DNA of 64,000 nt from assembly GCA_024704765.1 (NCBI GenBank), contig JAKMXF010000055.1:653222-717221 (forward strand), given 5' to 3'. Position 1 is the first letter of the stretch. Each line of letters begins with the position of its first letter. This DNA comes from Oopsacas minuta (Eukaryota > Animalia > Porifera). Made by a program: the position numbers and the translations under genes. This document shows positions 1 to 12,615 of this stretch, piece by piece. Under the pieces are notes generated by a model that saw only the letters and a program-made list of their open reading frames with translations, searched no databases and had not been told where the DNA came from.

Positions 1-2114
1 TGGAGATCAGATTTATGTACTAAATAAGTTCCACAAACGAAAAAATTTAAATTGTCGATTGCATGAAAACTAGAGCATGCAGAAAGAAACTGATTGCAGA
101 TTTGAAATCAGCATCCCAAAATTATATAGAATCAATTGAAAAATCTCATGCAACAAAAAATGAAAAAAAATTGTTGAGCAGTGTTATCTACCATATAAAT
201 ATGTTCCGCTCGAATGTTCAACCAGTCCTGTTACATACCCGGCGAAGAGTTACTTGATCGCCCGATTTCTTACGTAACCGGCCGGCTGGTTGAGCATTCT
301 GTCATCTGGTTAGGCAAAAAATTTTGGGTAAAATAATTTCGGGTAAAATAATTTTTGGTAAAAAGATTCTTATATAATATATATCAAAATTGTATAAATA
401 GTTTCCAGCAAGGTATCTAAAAGGTCCTTGTTCGCTAGGGAGTACAATGTATTTGCTCATTGTGGGTTAAGTTCTATGTTTCTCTCATAGATTAGGCACG
501 AGACAAACCATTCTATTCAGGGGTGATACTACAACAATTTCGAATCTTGGTATCATTAGATCCAATAAATATGCATGCAATATCAAAAATGCCACTCGAG
601 GAGCAATTATGAATAATAAACTAGTATATCCAATATATCACATTATCTAACACCACTATGCATTGAATAATATACATAACGTATTTAGAAACGGGAATTT
701 TGGCTGCATACATGTACTACATAATTGTAGATCAAATTATAAAACATCGAACGTTAAAAATTTCAAGAACGTGACAAAATGTGTCTACTAAGCATTAAGT
801 TGTTAAAATATACCATTCCAGCTTAACGTGTAACTCCCATTTCAATGTGAATATAAGAGATGATCAATAGATAACTATATGCAGGATATTAAACATTTAT
901 CATACAAAAGTTGACTCATTCTAGAGTTACGTAGAATTCTGGGATAAAAATGTCTATGAATATTGGATTATAGCTCGATAATCGTGAACATATTTGTAAA
1001 TCAGGATAGACTATTGTAGTAAATAGCCGACTTCACATGCTCTTGTAATTTAGTTTGACGTGGTATTTCTTAACAATGTAACTTAAACTGAATATATCCA
1101 CTAATGCTCATTATGAGACTACACAAAAGGTTTAAGAGATATCATATCAACATGTATATATTATCAGTATATGAGAAAAATATCGTCTATCATGGCTATA
1201 CTGATGGTCGAAAACATCCAAGGTAGTATAGTGAACTGAAATACTCATAAAATGTGTCATCAGTGGCCTCTAATGTATCTTAAGGATTAGTTTTACACAC
1301 CAGTGATATTTTCTAAGAAGGTATCATGGATCATTTTCATCTATACACTTTGAACAGAAAGATACTAGATTTAGCATTTATACAGTAGCAATGAATGGCA
1401 CATTATGGCAAATCAATGCCTAATAATCACATATTAGTTTTTCAGCAAATGGTGTGAATTCGTGCTCCAGCATGATGCAAACAAAGGATTCAGCATTGAG
1501 CATTGTCTGGGTCAAACCTTTCATCCCAGGCTTAAGAATCAACTCAAAATAGCTCGCAGCATTGATCTTCAATCTATGGAACAAAATTCCAATAGTGTAC
1601 GATGAATAGCGAGGATCCCTGCCGAAATAGCCACGACCCAACTAAAATATCTGAACAGTGCTAGAACCTTGGAAGTTGAATATAAGATAAAGCATCGTTT
1701 TTGGAATTTTTAGACTCTTGTATAGAAAATGTTCACATGAGATAGCAAGTTGTTTCGAAACCTTCAACTGCCTACCTACCAACTTGTACCTTGCTCCTGG
1801 AACAATCACCTGTGGCGGGACTGCGACGAAAGGAGGTATACTTCTTAATTTGAAAGATTGAATTCCCAGGTCTTGCTTTGCCATTTTACGAATAGAACTG
1901 AAAATCGAACAATGAGCTAAGTTCCAGTACCAAACATTGACCGTAAATTTCTAAATATATTTCCTCAAAATTCTAGGGAAAGTAAGAAAGAAATGTACCG
2001 GGGGATGGGTATAAGGTAAAAATCGGGTAGGGCACATTTTTATTTGAAATATCTTAAGAAAAAACAATGCAGAGAGAATTGTCACGGGGTTTCCAAAACG
2101 GCCGAAAAGACTTG

Positions 2115-2260
2115 TGATATCAAAAAGTTGAATAATCTCGATTCGGGTCATGGAATTAGTTAAAACGAAGTGGTAAATTTTCGAGTGCCTTTTTGTTACG
2201 AACGTAATACTTCGACCTTAATCGGTTAACCTGAAAATGATATTAACATGCTTTCACGTA
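2115..2260 (+). repeat. Diverged interspersed repeat, copy 1 (homologous to 7137-7270)
   Basis: GGAATTAGTTAAAACGAAGTGGTAAATTTTCGAGTGCCTTTTTGTTACGAACGTAATACTTCGACC aligns by eye with GGAATTGGTGAAAAGATTTGGTAAAATTCACTATTCCTTTTTATTACGAACCTATTACTTCAACC. Confidence 0.65.
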
Positions 2261-3178
2261 AGCATCCGAAAATATCAAGGTTTGTACTTTGAGTTGGAAT
2301 AGCTAATCCATACAGTGGTTATGTTGTCTTAGGGGATGTAAAAACAATGATAATGAGACTGGCTACTATAGTATCAGTAATTTGATAATCAGGAAACTAG
2401 AAACATTGATCAATATAGTAGAAAAAATAAATAGGAAAAGAAGATTATGAATTCAGAATATTGAATTAATAAAGTTACCGTTTAAAGATGCATAAGTAGT
2501 GTTGTATTTATTTTTTATAAAGCCCATATAATTAAAAATAATCAAGGAATTAACACTTCTTCATAATGATTAAATTATGAAGGGGGGAGAAAATAATAGT
2601 GTGAATATCGATAAATATAAAGATAACATGTTAAACCAACCTCGATACAGGCAACTTCTGGATAAAGATAATTATATAATGGTTTAACAGCATCGAAAAA
2701 GTTACAGCATGCTGACATTGGGCAGGTAATCGCCGATTCAAAAAGGAGGATAACTTTAGAAAATGATAGAGCATCGGGTTTTAATACAGAAATTAATACC
2801 AATAATTGAAAGATTGTAGAAATGTAACCAGGAGTTTCACTAAAAACAAGAATATTGTAATAAATACTACAATTTCTGGAATGTCTGTCATTCTAAAGAA
2901 TAAAAACAGAAACACTAAGATAAAAGTAAAAATATACAAGGTGAAACAGAGTGGTAAGGTAAATATATTATTCACACATGTTTAATGTTATATTATTTTG
3001 TTCGAGATATTTGATACGCTTCAAATATCGACGGATACAAAAAGTGAATTCTAAAGGAGAGAATAATCACATTTGCACCCTTAGTTCAAGAAATTGGAAT
3101 CAAAATTGTATGATTTCATAGAGTCAGAAATTTTTGATATCCCAGAATTCTAATATAGGTTTTGAAATCAGATTCCTA

Positions 3179-3277
3179 GGTATATTAGGTATAATTCGAG
3201 GTATTTGGTATAGCGATGGTATAAGTATACAGAGGTATACCGAATCGAAATACAATAATATGTATAAAGGTATAATA
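3179..3277 (+). repeat. Cluster of GGTATA motifs 3' of the hAT transposase (candidate subterminal repeats)
   Basis: GGTATA at 3179, 3188, 3207, 3218, 3234 and 3269, plus GGTATT at 3200. Confidence 0.6.
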
Positions 3278-3366
3278 CGAATTTACAACGAATAAATAAT
3301 TTAGACTAGTACTTCTTAGTAAAGTATATACGTCTGTCTAACGATAGATTTAGGAAATACAAAACG

Positions 3367-5969
3367 TCAAAAATATGTAAGGTCTGCTGGCTCTGAGCTT
3401 TCATTAGAAAATTCTGAGTCAACAACTTTTTCTTGGACAACCCAATGAGGGACAAGTTTATTCAACTTCGAAGGAAACCTTAGTAGAGAACTCCCTTCTG
3501 GATTCCATAGTTTTAGCTTACACAATTCATGCCTCAAATCTCTTTCATTAAAATTGATTTCTTCAAGTGAGGAATCCACAATATCTAACTCGTCCACTAT
3601 ATTACTTAATGTCCCACTACAATCAAATTCTACAGTTATTCTCTTTGAGGAGGGACCTCGTTCACGCTTTTCTCTGTAAAGTTTATAATGTGTTTTTATA
3701 AGGAGGTGACTTGCAGTTGTCGATATATTTAGACGACTTTTCTGAGGTGGCGCCAAATGTTTCCCCATACTAAATGCCCTTTCTAGACTCGCAGTTGTTA
3801 TCCACATCCCAAATAATTCCTTCATACAGCATTTATACAGCCTCCACTGATGTGCAGTTTTGTCTGGTAAACCAATGAAAGGGTTTGTAATATACGAAGT
3901 CCAATAAGTTACAGGATCAGTATCGGTAAGGTCGTTGCTACCAAACCTCATAGTCCAAGCATCTGCTTGCAGACTAACGAAGTCTAACATAAGTTGAATA
4001 CATTGAGTAACATCACCTGTAGATATTTTCAAGCCTTCTCTTTGCCTTCTTGCAAGCAATATCTTTAGGCCATCTTCGGCAATCCTTTGACATTCCAGAA
4101 CAGAGGAAAGTATCATTCCTCGATAACCAGGATGGCAAAAATATCCTGTTGCATGTAAACAGTGTCCAGTTTTTCCAAATTTGGATCTTCACTCATCAAT
4201 AAATCCAAGCGAGTTTCACATTTACTAATGACACGAAATTTATCCATTTTTGTAATAGAACAATAGCCAAAAGCGAGTGAAATACCTACTATAATGCCGA
4301 TATTTTCTCCGAACTTAATTGAATCGGTCTGCATGATATTAAGAGCAATACAAACTGGGCGAATCACCTCCAACAACTTTCTAACCCCGTACCAAAACTC
4401 AGTACTGAGGATAATGTCACTAATTAAAGGAGCTAATTTCTTTCGCCTAGAAGATTCTTCGATATAGTGACGATTAGCAGCGACACTATCAAGAAGCTCA
4501 TAAGCAGAGTTCCATCTGACATCAGTCATAGTGGCAATCTTCCTAGGCAGACTACAATTTTCTTCACCACCCCTTCTAAAGAAGCCGCTTAAATTACCAG
4601 CATGTTTGATTATCACTTTTGCACCCAGGACGTTAATGATATCATGGCATAATAGATTTAAAAGATGTGCAAAACAGCGCACAATAAATGGAGGACCCTG
4701 TTTGAGTTTTGAATTACATAAACTTCGAGCATATCTGGCCCCTTTTAACAAAGCTGCATCTCCATCACAAATAAAACTAACAACTGGTGTTTTAAGTCTT
4801 TCTGATACTGCCTTTGTCCACTGTAAAAGTTGAATGCCATAATATTCATGGTCTCGTGGTTCGCCTGGTGCGAACATGTAATCATAGAGAGTATTGCGGA
4901 TTTCGATTTCTTCACTATCGTGGAGCAATGCTGGATCAAAGAGTGGACGTAAAAGTGAGGCGTAGGTTACACTTCTCCGGGATGGGTCAAGCCATGTATC
5001 AACTGCAATTTGTGCAGATTTCCAAGTTATTATAGAATCTTCAATTTCTAACTTGGCCCTCTGGTATAAACGAGGAATAATCACACTTCGAAGTCTATGA
5101 GTGGATGGTAATGGACAGTGAGGAGAAATTGTAGTTAAAAATTGTTTAACTATATTCAAATCGAAACCATCTTCTGGCAATGACAGCTGAACGGCGAATT
5201 TTCCAGCTAAATCTTCGATAATTATCACTTGCGGATCAGTTGGAGGGCTAGAAGGGAACCCACCCAACGTATTAGGCGGTTGGAGAGGTAGAAAGGTGTT
5301 ACATATACTGGTGTGTCCATCAAATTCAGTTGAAGAGACTTCTTGACTATAAGATTTAGTAATGCTTTCTATTTTTTCTCGGTGGGGGGCTATTAATTAC
5401 CGACTGCTCCAGTCTAGAGATTTGCAGTGGGTAGCGTTCTTTTAGATTTTCTTTGAAATGACATTGGTTTAGCAGATGGTCAATAATCTTTCTTGTTTGG
5501 GTAGAATTGGCTTTAACCAAGGTGCAAACGCCAATGTGAGTAATCCCACGCTTCCCAAATGAATTCTTCGCACTCGTATTCTCAGCAGATGTTTTCAGAA
5601 ATTTTGACTTAAGAAGTGAAGGAGGAGACACCCAATCGTCCTCTATACTATACATAGAATCATGAGTTTCAGGAAAATATATTTCGTTGCTTTTCACAAG
5701 ACAGTCAATCATATACAACGAGAAGGTGAAGGAAAGAATAAAGAGTCTTCTGAATAGAGAACACTACCGATACAGGCTACCATGTGTGATACCTTGGTTC
5801 CTATTTGGAAGGATTTCTTATCATCACATCGAAGTAGAGACCACATAGGACCTTTAGGTTGACCAACGCGAAGATTGGCGAGACTTGCGGCTCTTCCCTT
5901 AGGATTAGTTTTCCTCGAGAGTTCAACTTCATTAATCTCCCCATCAATAATAATAGATTGTGAAGCCAT
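3367..5969 (-). pseudogene. hAT-superfamily (Ac-like) transposase, ~865 codons, split by three frameshifts
   Basis: ORFs 5709-5969, 5356-5718, 4113-5267 (frame open back to 5396) and 3367-4116 tile end to end. hAT motifs in order: AVDTW (D1), ICDGD (D2), CFAH (CxxH), VRWNS, LHATGYFCHPGYRG (read in the 3367-4116 frame upstream of its ATG) and TASLERAFS (catalytic E, dimerisation region). Confidence 0.9.
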
Positions 5970-6029
5970 GATCAGCTCAGAGAATATTTAGTTGGTAGCT
6001 AATTTACTGAGATTAGAAAAAATCAGGTA

Positions 6030-6336
6030 AAGTACACCCTTGTTAATCAGAACAGTAGAGTACCAATGAAAATCCAATCCATTCGGAATAGTGAATTTGT
6101 TCAGATTAGTGAGACAACATTAATCCTATGGGGAAATTCCACCTCACTAATCCGAACCCTCAAAGTTTTAGACCAAAATCATGAGGATCATCGAATGTGA
6201 TATACTTACTCAGAGTAGTACAACAGACAATTTCAGGTCTAATTCCATTAATGGCTATTCATCTTTAACTGACATTTCGTATAATTTCATTTGAATTTTA
6301 TTTGGAACTCCTGTTCGGATTAACGAGGGTGTACTG
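6030..6336. mobile_element. pogo/Tigger-type MITE, 307 bp
   Basis: Left end AAGTACACCCTTGTTAATCAGAACA versus reverse complement of right end CAGTACACCCTCGTTAATCCGAACA. TA on both flanks (6028-6029, 6337-6338). No ORF. Confidence 0.8.
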
Positions 6337-6612
6337 TATTCCCCAAAAGTACCAATTCTAAACAAATGATCAGCTACGAACAGCTTAAATTAGATTTCAA
6401 GTAAACAACATATACTGAATAGTCACATACCATGAGAATTAATGAATGAAATTTGAGCAGAAATAGAGTCGCTCAGTTTCAGTCACGTGACAGTTTAACA
6501 GTATTCGTAGTGTGATCTAACTGATAACCTGACGATACTATTTTGAAGTAGACGCATGCATACCTATAATAATTACGTAGGTAGAAATATCTCAGTATAA
6601 CTCATCACTCAT

Positions 6613-6717
6613 GGTATAATTAATTAGTTATGGTATAATTAAGGTATAATGTAGGTATATTGTGGTATAGCGAAATAATATACTAATGTGGTATAATGAA
6701 TATACTATAATATACCA
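6613..6717 (+). repeat. Second GGTATA cluster, 5' of the hAT transposase
   Basis: GGTATA at 6613, 6632, 6643, 6654, 6664 and 6690, and reversed TATACC at 6711. Shares TGGTATAGCGA with the 3179-3277 cluster. Confidence 0.6.
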
Positions 6718-7136
6718 TCTGTATGCATCTTAACGTGTTTGAGATAGTAAATTTTAACCTCCATACAAGGAATACGTAATAAATTACAAGAAATGTTCTT
6801 CACAATAAATTAGAACTATAATCATGCAGTGTAGTCGAAAGAGGGGTAACTTAACATGTTACAACAAGTTTTGAAAATGGAATATTTCCATTCGGGCCTT
6901 GTTAAAGAAAGATTTATTCCTAATCAAAGGTCATTTGACCGCTATAATGAAAGCAAATTTCATGTTGAATACGAATATCTATCTAGAAATATGATTAGAC
7001 CAAAAATATGGAAGTCAAATTAATTTTTCTCTACTCAACAATATGGCTTGTAGTATAGTGTTTGATACGGATAATTTCTCGAAATATTAGACTTTGTTGC
7101 ATTAACCGAATACTGTCGGGACAATGTTTTGATTTA

Positions 7137-7270
7137 TGACATCAAAAATGTGCTAAAATCTCGTTTCTTGTCCAGGAATTGGTGAAAAAGATTTGGTAAA
7201 ATTCACTATTCCTTTTTATTACGAACCTATTACTTCAACCGTATCGATTTAACAGAATAATATTGAATAT
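7137..7270 (+). repeat. Diverged interspersed repeat, copy 2 (homologous to 2115-2260)
   Basis: Same alignment as copy 1, in direct orientation. Confidence 0.65.
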
Positions 7271-9352
7271 TGTTATTTGATGAAAGAGTCATTTTGTTCC
7301 TTTTTGGGCTCATTGTGCGACGTTTCCATTGTTCCAAGATTAGCTTTGGCTAGGTCGTGCTCTTTTTCAAAAGTTGAATGAGCTTCGCCCTCTCAATTTT
7401 GTGGAAATTGGTTCGCAAAGTGGATAATCAAGTAAATCCTACTACTAATCACAATTTATTCTAAGAAATCCTTGTTATCTAAATAATCGAAAAGCTTTAC
7501 TGAAATTCACCCATTTTGCAATCCAGAAACTAAATCGAGTATATTTCTATACAATACCAACGCAATTTATAAATATCGTTCATATTCTATCATCAAGTCC
7601 TAATTTGCCTTTTTTGAGCCAATAAGTTGATAGGTTTAATAGTATAATTCAACTATTTTTCAACAAATTTGGCATGATGTCACATATTGCACTTTATTAG
7701 CACTTCTGAGAATTAGTTATTTACAAAACCCGCTTTTATCTTATTTTCTATAATTTTATTGTTGTTTCCAAATTTATCTGCCTAACAAATTCTACTCTAG
7801 CTCCTTTCTAAGTTTCATTCTAACAGTGGCGTATTCACCATGGGTCCAACAGGCTATGACACTGTGGGTCTGATAAATTTGTGGTTTATTGGCGGGCTAA
7901 AGTCAAAGAAGACTATACCGTGAATCAGCATTACGCAGTAGCGTCCTGAAATATTGTTTTTCTAGAGAGGAAATTTAATCAACTGATTTATAATATCAAT
8001 TCATTGGTATAGGGGGTTGAAGTTTTCACTACTATAGCCTTGAAAAGATTTGTTCAATTACATTTCCTTACAACCACCTATCTAGGACAGTGTATAAGAA
8101 TACTCCATCTAGACTTTGCCCAGATCCAGAAAATTCGAATTTCACTCGGCACTAGCATATTTATTGCAAAATTAATGTGTAGCACAACCACTTGGCATTA
8201 TGCTATCTCAGCGACTTTATATCCTCTTGGATTTATAACAATCTGAGAATGAAGCTCAGAACGTCTCTTTAAGGATTAGAATGTTTCAGGTAGCTCTCAT
8301 AATGGAGATTGACTGTACTGGTGGCCTATATACCATATTTCGTAGGAAAACCTTCCCTCTGTTTAAGAATAGTTTCTTATTATTGAGTGGATACTGGAAT
8401 TGTTAAAGGCTGATTTCATGATATATGTTTGGAAACCGTTGCTGTATGATATTATCTCATTCCCTTGGTTCAGTCTTTACCAAGATGCAAATTTTCCTCT
8501 AAGTTTTTTCCATTACATATGCTAAAATAGAGTATAATGATGTGATTATCCGTTCTGTGTATATGGAAGCCCCGGATAGCGAGTTGGATCTTTGCCTAAC
8601 ACCTTAATTCTGACACTGCATGTAAATTATGCACACCATCTGAAAAGTGTAATCCTGTTTGAGTACATAAATTATTTGTTAAATATGTTTTGCAATTAAT
8701 CAGTGGTTTAATACTTGTAATTATTGTTGATAAAATTTTCCAATGTACCATAGAGCTCTGAAAAATCTTCCCTAGTCATTTCTTTCTATCTAAATTTTGT
8801 GCCATATATTCTAATGCATTTCGACAATCAACAGCCTTGGATATTAAACCCAAATCGTTCAACTCTGGAGTCAATTTACATTCTGTAGCGAAAAAATTCC
8901 TTGTTGTCCAACAGCTAGGCCTGACATTGTTATCATCCTGAGTGGCACCACTTTAGCGGTAATACAATGTTTGTAGGTTTTATATAAGTACTTTAAGGTA
9001 AGATAACTTTCACCCTGGCAGCTTAAATACATTTTATATTCCCAATTGTCTAACTATTATGCTCGGTCTGAACCCCGTTGCTCTTAAAATAGAGTAAATT
9101 AACACATATATTGTTTTATTATTATTATTGAACTCCAATCACCCAGCTAAGTATCTACATGGGTCACTTGGTATGGTTAGGAGAAGTTTTTGAAAATGGA
9201 ATGCGTCACATCCTTACCATGTCAAGCAAACATATTTTCCACACAATTGTCTTGCAACTGCTATATTGAATGGAATTTCAGGCTCGTTGCGAAATTTTCT
9301 ATAGAAACTTTATTTGACTTAAATACGTAAGTTCACGAATTTGTCAAGATTA

Positions 9353-10724
9353 CAGTGTGTTCGGAAATTATTGGGACTGATTATAAATATATTATACTAT
9401 GAATTCATGACTCATAGAGATTTCTCGTTTTAACACTAAGTTAAAATACATATAGATGAAGAAATACCAGCATTATCATCACATTCTATCAATAATTAAT
9501 TTTTTTCCCAGCATTGTCTAAACACAATCTAATTCTTTTGGGCATTGAAGTGCAAAAGGGACGGAGAAAGTCTGGATCAAATGTTGCCCATATGTCCTGA
9601 ATTTCCTGTTTTAGTTGGCTTACAGTTTTAGGATGAAGTACAATCAACCTCCTTTTCAAAACTGCCCACAGGTTCTCAATGGGCGCTAGATCTGGACTAT
9701 TTGGCGGCCAATCAATTCTAAGGGGGACGAACTCCGTCTTCCACCCCTTAGCTGCTCTTCTAGTGTGCACAGGACTGTGATCCTCCTGTAAAACCCAGCT
9801 ATCTCCGTATTTTGCGTTAGCATCCTCAATAAAACACTCGCGAAGAGTGGAAATATACACCACCTGATTGAAATTTTCTGTGAAAATCCTCAGATGTGTA
9901 GTCCCCATTATCGAAATTCCACCCCAAAGATGAACTTTAGATGGATGCCTGAAGGTTGGCAGATGAACCGTTTGTCCCTTTTTAATCCACAGGTTGACTC
10001 TTCTAGAGTCAAGCCAAACTGAAGATTCATCAGTAAAGAAGGCTTACTCCAATCAAAACTCTTCATTTCTTTACACCAGGCGATTCTTTTGGAAACATGG
10101 AGGTCGGTGAGTGCTGGAACTCGGACAGCCCGCTTGCTAACAAAGTTTTGCCTCTTTATCTGAGCATAAAGAATACTTATGGATACAGGAGAGCTCAATC
10201 TTGGTAGTATAGAGCGTAGAGAGGTTCTCGGATTGCTTTGATACAAAGCAACTATCCTCCTTTTGTCATTTGCCTTGATTTTTGAAGGCCGACCAGCACC
10301 CCTTTTGTGCTGAAGGCTTTTTTTTATCTTTTATCAGATTGAAGACATGATATACAGTCTGCTTAGGTATACTTGTTCGCTGGCAGATATCCACTACTTT
10401 GGTAATTCCTGCATTGTATAGTGTCTCTATTTGATTTCTACGCTGTTGTTGGGTGGAGTGCTTGCACATTGTACAAAATATGCGGCCTTAGATGCCGGAA
10501 ATGGGGTCTCGAAATATATATAGGTATATTTGCTTGGGAATCACAATATTTCAGCCAAACAAACGAAATATTATGTGAAATAGCGAATCTATTGGTTTTC
10601 TAACAATTATAGGAAGTGTATATATACAGTAAGGTAAATGGTTGTATAATATGCGCATAACCTGATATCCTTCATGGTGATTAAAGTTAATCATGTAAAG
10701 TTCCAATAATTTCCTAACATACTG
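9353..10724 (-). mobile_element. Tc1-family transposon (DD34E), copy A, 1372 bp
   Basis: TIRs CAGTGTGTTCGGAAATTATTGGGAC / CAGTATGTTAGGAAATTATTGGAAC (22/25). TA flanks at 9351-9352 and 10725-10726. Contains the transposase pseudogene. Confidence 0.95.
9489..10469 (-). pseudogene. Tc1 transposase with two frameshifts
   Basis: After repair it reads HTH ...GAGRPSK..., FFTDESS (D1), LQEDHSPVH (D2) and WPPNSPDLAPIENLW (E), with 34 residues between D2 and E. Confidence 0.95.
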
Positions 10725-11616
10725 TATATCGCTTCCAAAACCCAAACAAATTTAGTGAAAATTATCTTATGTCAATTCTTCATGATTTCCATTCTTGATT
10801 TACGACAATGTTCGCTGTGTCCAGTCGGTATCGATAGGCATTATGTGGCTCTTTGTTTTTGCACCTAAAATGGTCAGTATAATTAGCTACTCAGAAACAA
10901 TTATGATAAATATTCCATATAAATTAAGTTAATTGGTTGCACTGAGTTCCTATGCACTAAGTTGCGGACATACAATATAATTCCATACTTTAAAAACTAG
11001 ATTAGAACTCGGATAATAAGTATACACTTGGGAAACGAAATTAGTAAGTAATAACCCAAGTATGTCTAATCCGGATATTCTTCGCATCCAATGAGAGCAA
11101 AAATACAAATCCACAATGAAAGTAGGTACTAACCTAGAGTACGTCTTACCTCAAGCAGTTAATAACCGACATCTACTGAGCTCAATGAATCGCCACCAAG
11201 TATTATTCTATACTTGCCAAACTCTAGTGACTGTTTCCGAGGATAAATTTCCTCTATGTCTTTGTATATGAATACTTGTACTTAGATTTCTACATATTAA
11301 AGACGGATTTTCAACTCTTGAATTTGAAGAATAGCAGTAAATATACTCTATTTTCCCTGGATTTAGTATTTATCCAGGACATAGTCCAAATCACTGATAG
11401 TAGGCTACCATGGATTAAAACAGTTACGTCGAGTGATAATAAGCTTTCGCAGATCATAATTTAAACAAGGATCCGAGTCTGGATAAGGATGCTTTGATGT
11501 AGGATAACTTAATCCCCAAGTAATCAAATGATTCGTTTATCCGAAATCATCACACAAATAGAAGTCCTACTTTATTGGTAAAATATTAATCAAAAAGTCA
11601 GTTAAAAGTAGCTAGG

Positions 11617-12582
11617 CAGCAGAACTCGGTTAAGATTTAACCACTTGGGACACAAAGGAAAGTACATATTAACCAAAGTAAGTCCTATTCGAGGACATAT
11701 TAACTGAGTTATCAGTCTCAGTAAGAATCTAAGTACATAGTATACAAATATATACACTGTTCGACAAATTTTGAAGGCTCTCTGTATACTATAAATTGCT
11801 TATGTACTATTAACTATGCTGAGTCCGAATCGGAATTCCATCATACTCCACTACATAACAATTTGATAGAATTCAACTATCAAAAATGGAAAAATCCAAC
11901 AATTCACAATAATATTTTACCAAAATATGTACTAGCCATGCAAAACTGTGGAATGTTTAAACCATAGAGCTTTTAGAGGAAATATATACTAGAACGAGTT
12001 ATTTGTAGGCTAAATTGGTCATTTTGCTAACAAAATCTTGAATAACACATACAAAAATTAGAAAACATCACAAAATATCGTAAAATGCCAAAATAATTCA
12101 AGGGATTAGCCCATACATAGCTATATCTTGCAATCATTGAATTCAATATATCCGCTGGGTTTATAATCCTCATAACAGGTTTTACCTGAATATTGCTAGT
12201 AAGGTAGAAATATTTTTGATAAATTAGGCCATTTTACCATTAATTGGGTTCAATTGCATTAGAATTTGATGTGTTGAAGTATAATGAAATTCAGATTCAT
12301 ACTTAGCATCGTCGAAAGTACTCAAGACAATATATAGTGTGTAAGAACCAAAAATATTCAGTTTTTCGGACAGTGTCCTGCAGAAATAATTAATAAATGT
12401 GTAGTATTATCCAGAGTTCTAACAATAGGATACATATATTATCTGATAATATAACCGATATATACTGAACTTGTCATTTAGTACGTCAGATTGGAGAAAT
12501 CATTAACCGATTCATGTATATTGGATTGGTAGGAGAAAATTTCGGTTACTTAAGCCAAGCACGTCTTAACCGAGTTCTACTG
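11617..12582. mobile_element. Non-autonomous pogo/Tigger-like element, ~966 bp
   Basis: TIRs CAGCAGAACTCGGTTAAGA / CAGTAGAACTCGGTTAAGA (18/19). TA on the right flank only. No recognisable ORF inside. Confidence 0.6.
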
Positions 12583-12615
12583 TATTTTAAGGAATATGAG
12601 GTATTAGGTCTAATG

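Noticed and set aside
4113-4116. ATGA stop/start overlap suggesting prokaryotic translational coupling of two genes
   Set aside because: The downstream frame is open upstream of the ATG and encodes the hAT motif LHATGYFCHPGYRG, so this is one frameshifted transposase.
5750-5792. 43-bp GT...AG intron to explain the first hAT frameshift
   Set aside because: Splicing it does not put the downstream sequence into the 5356-5718 frame.
7825-7935. Mini hAT-like element starting CAGTGGCGTATTCAC
   Set aside because: The right end is too degenerate and no TSD is present.
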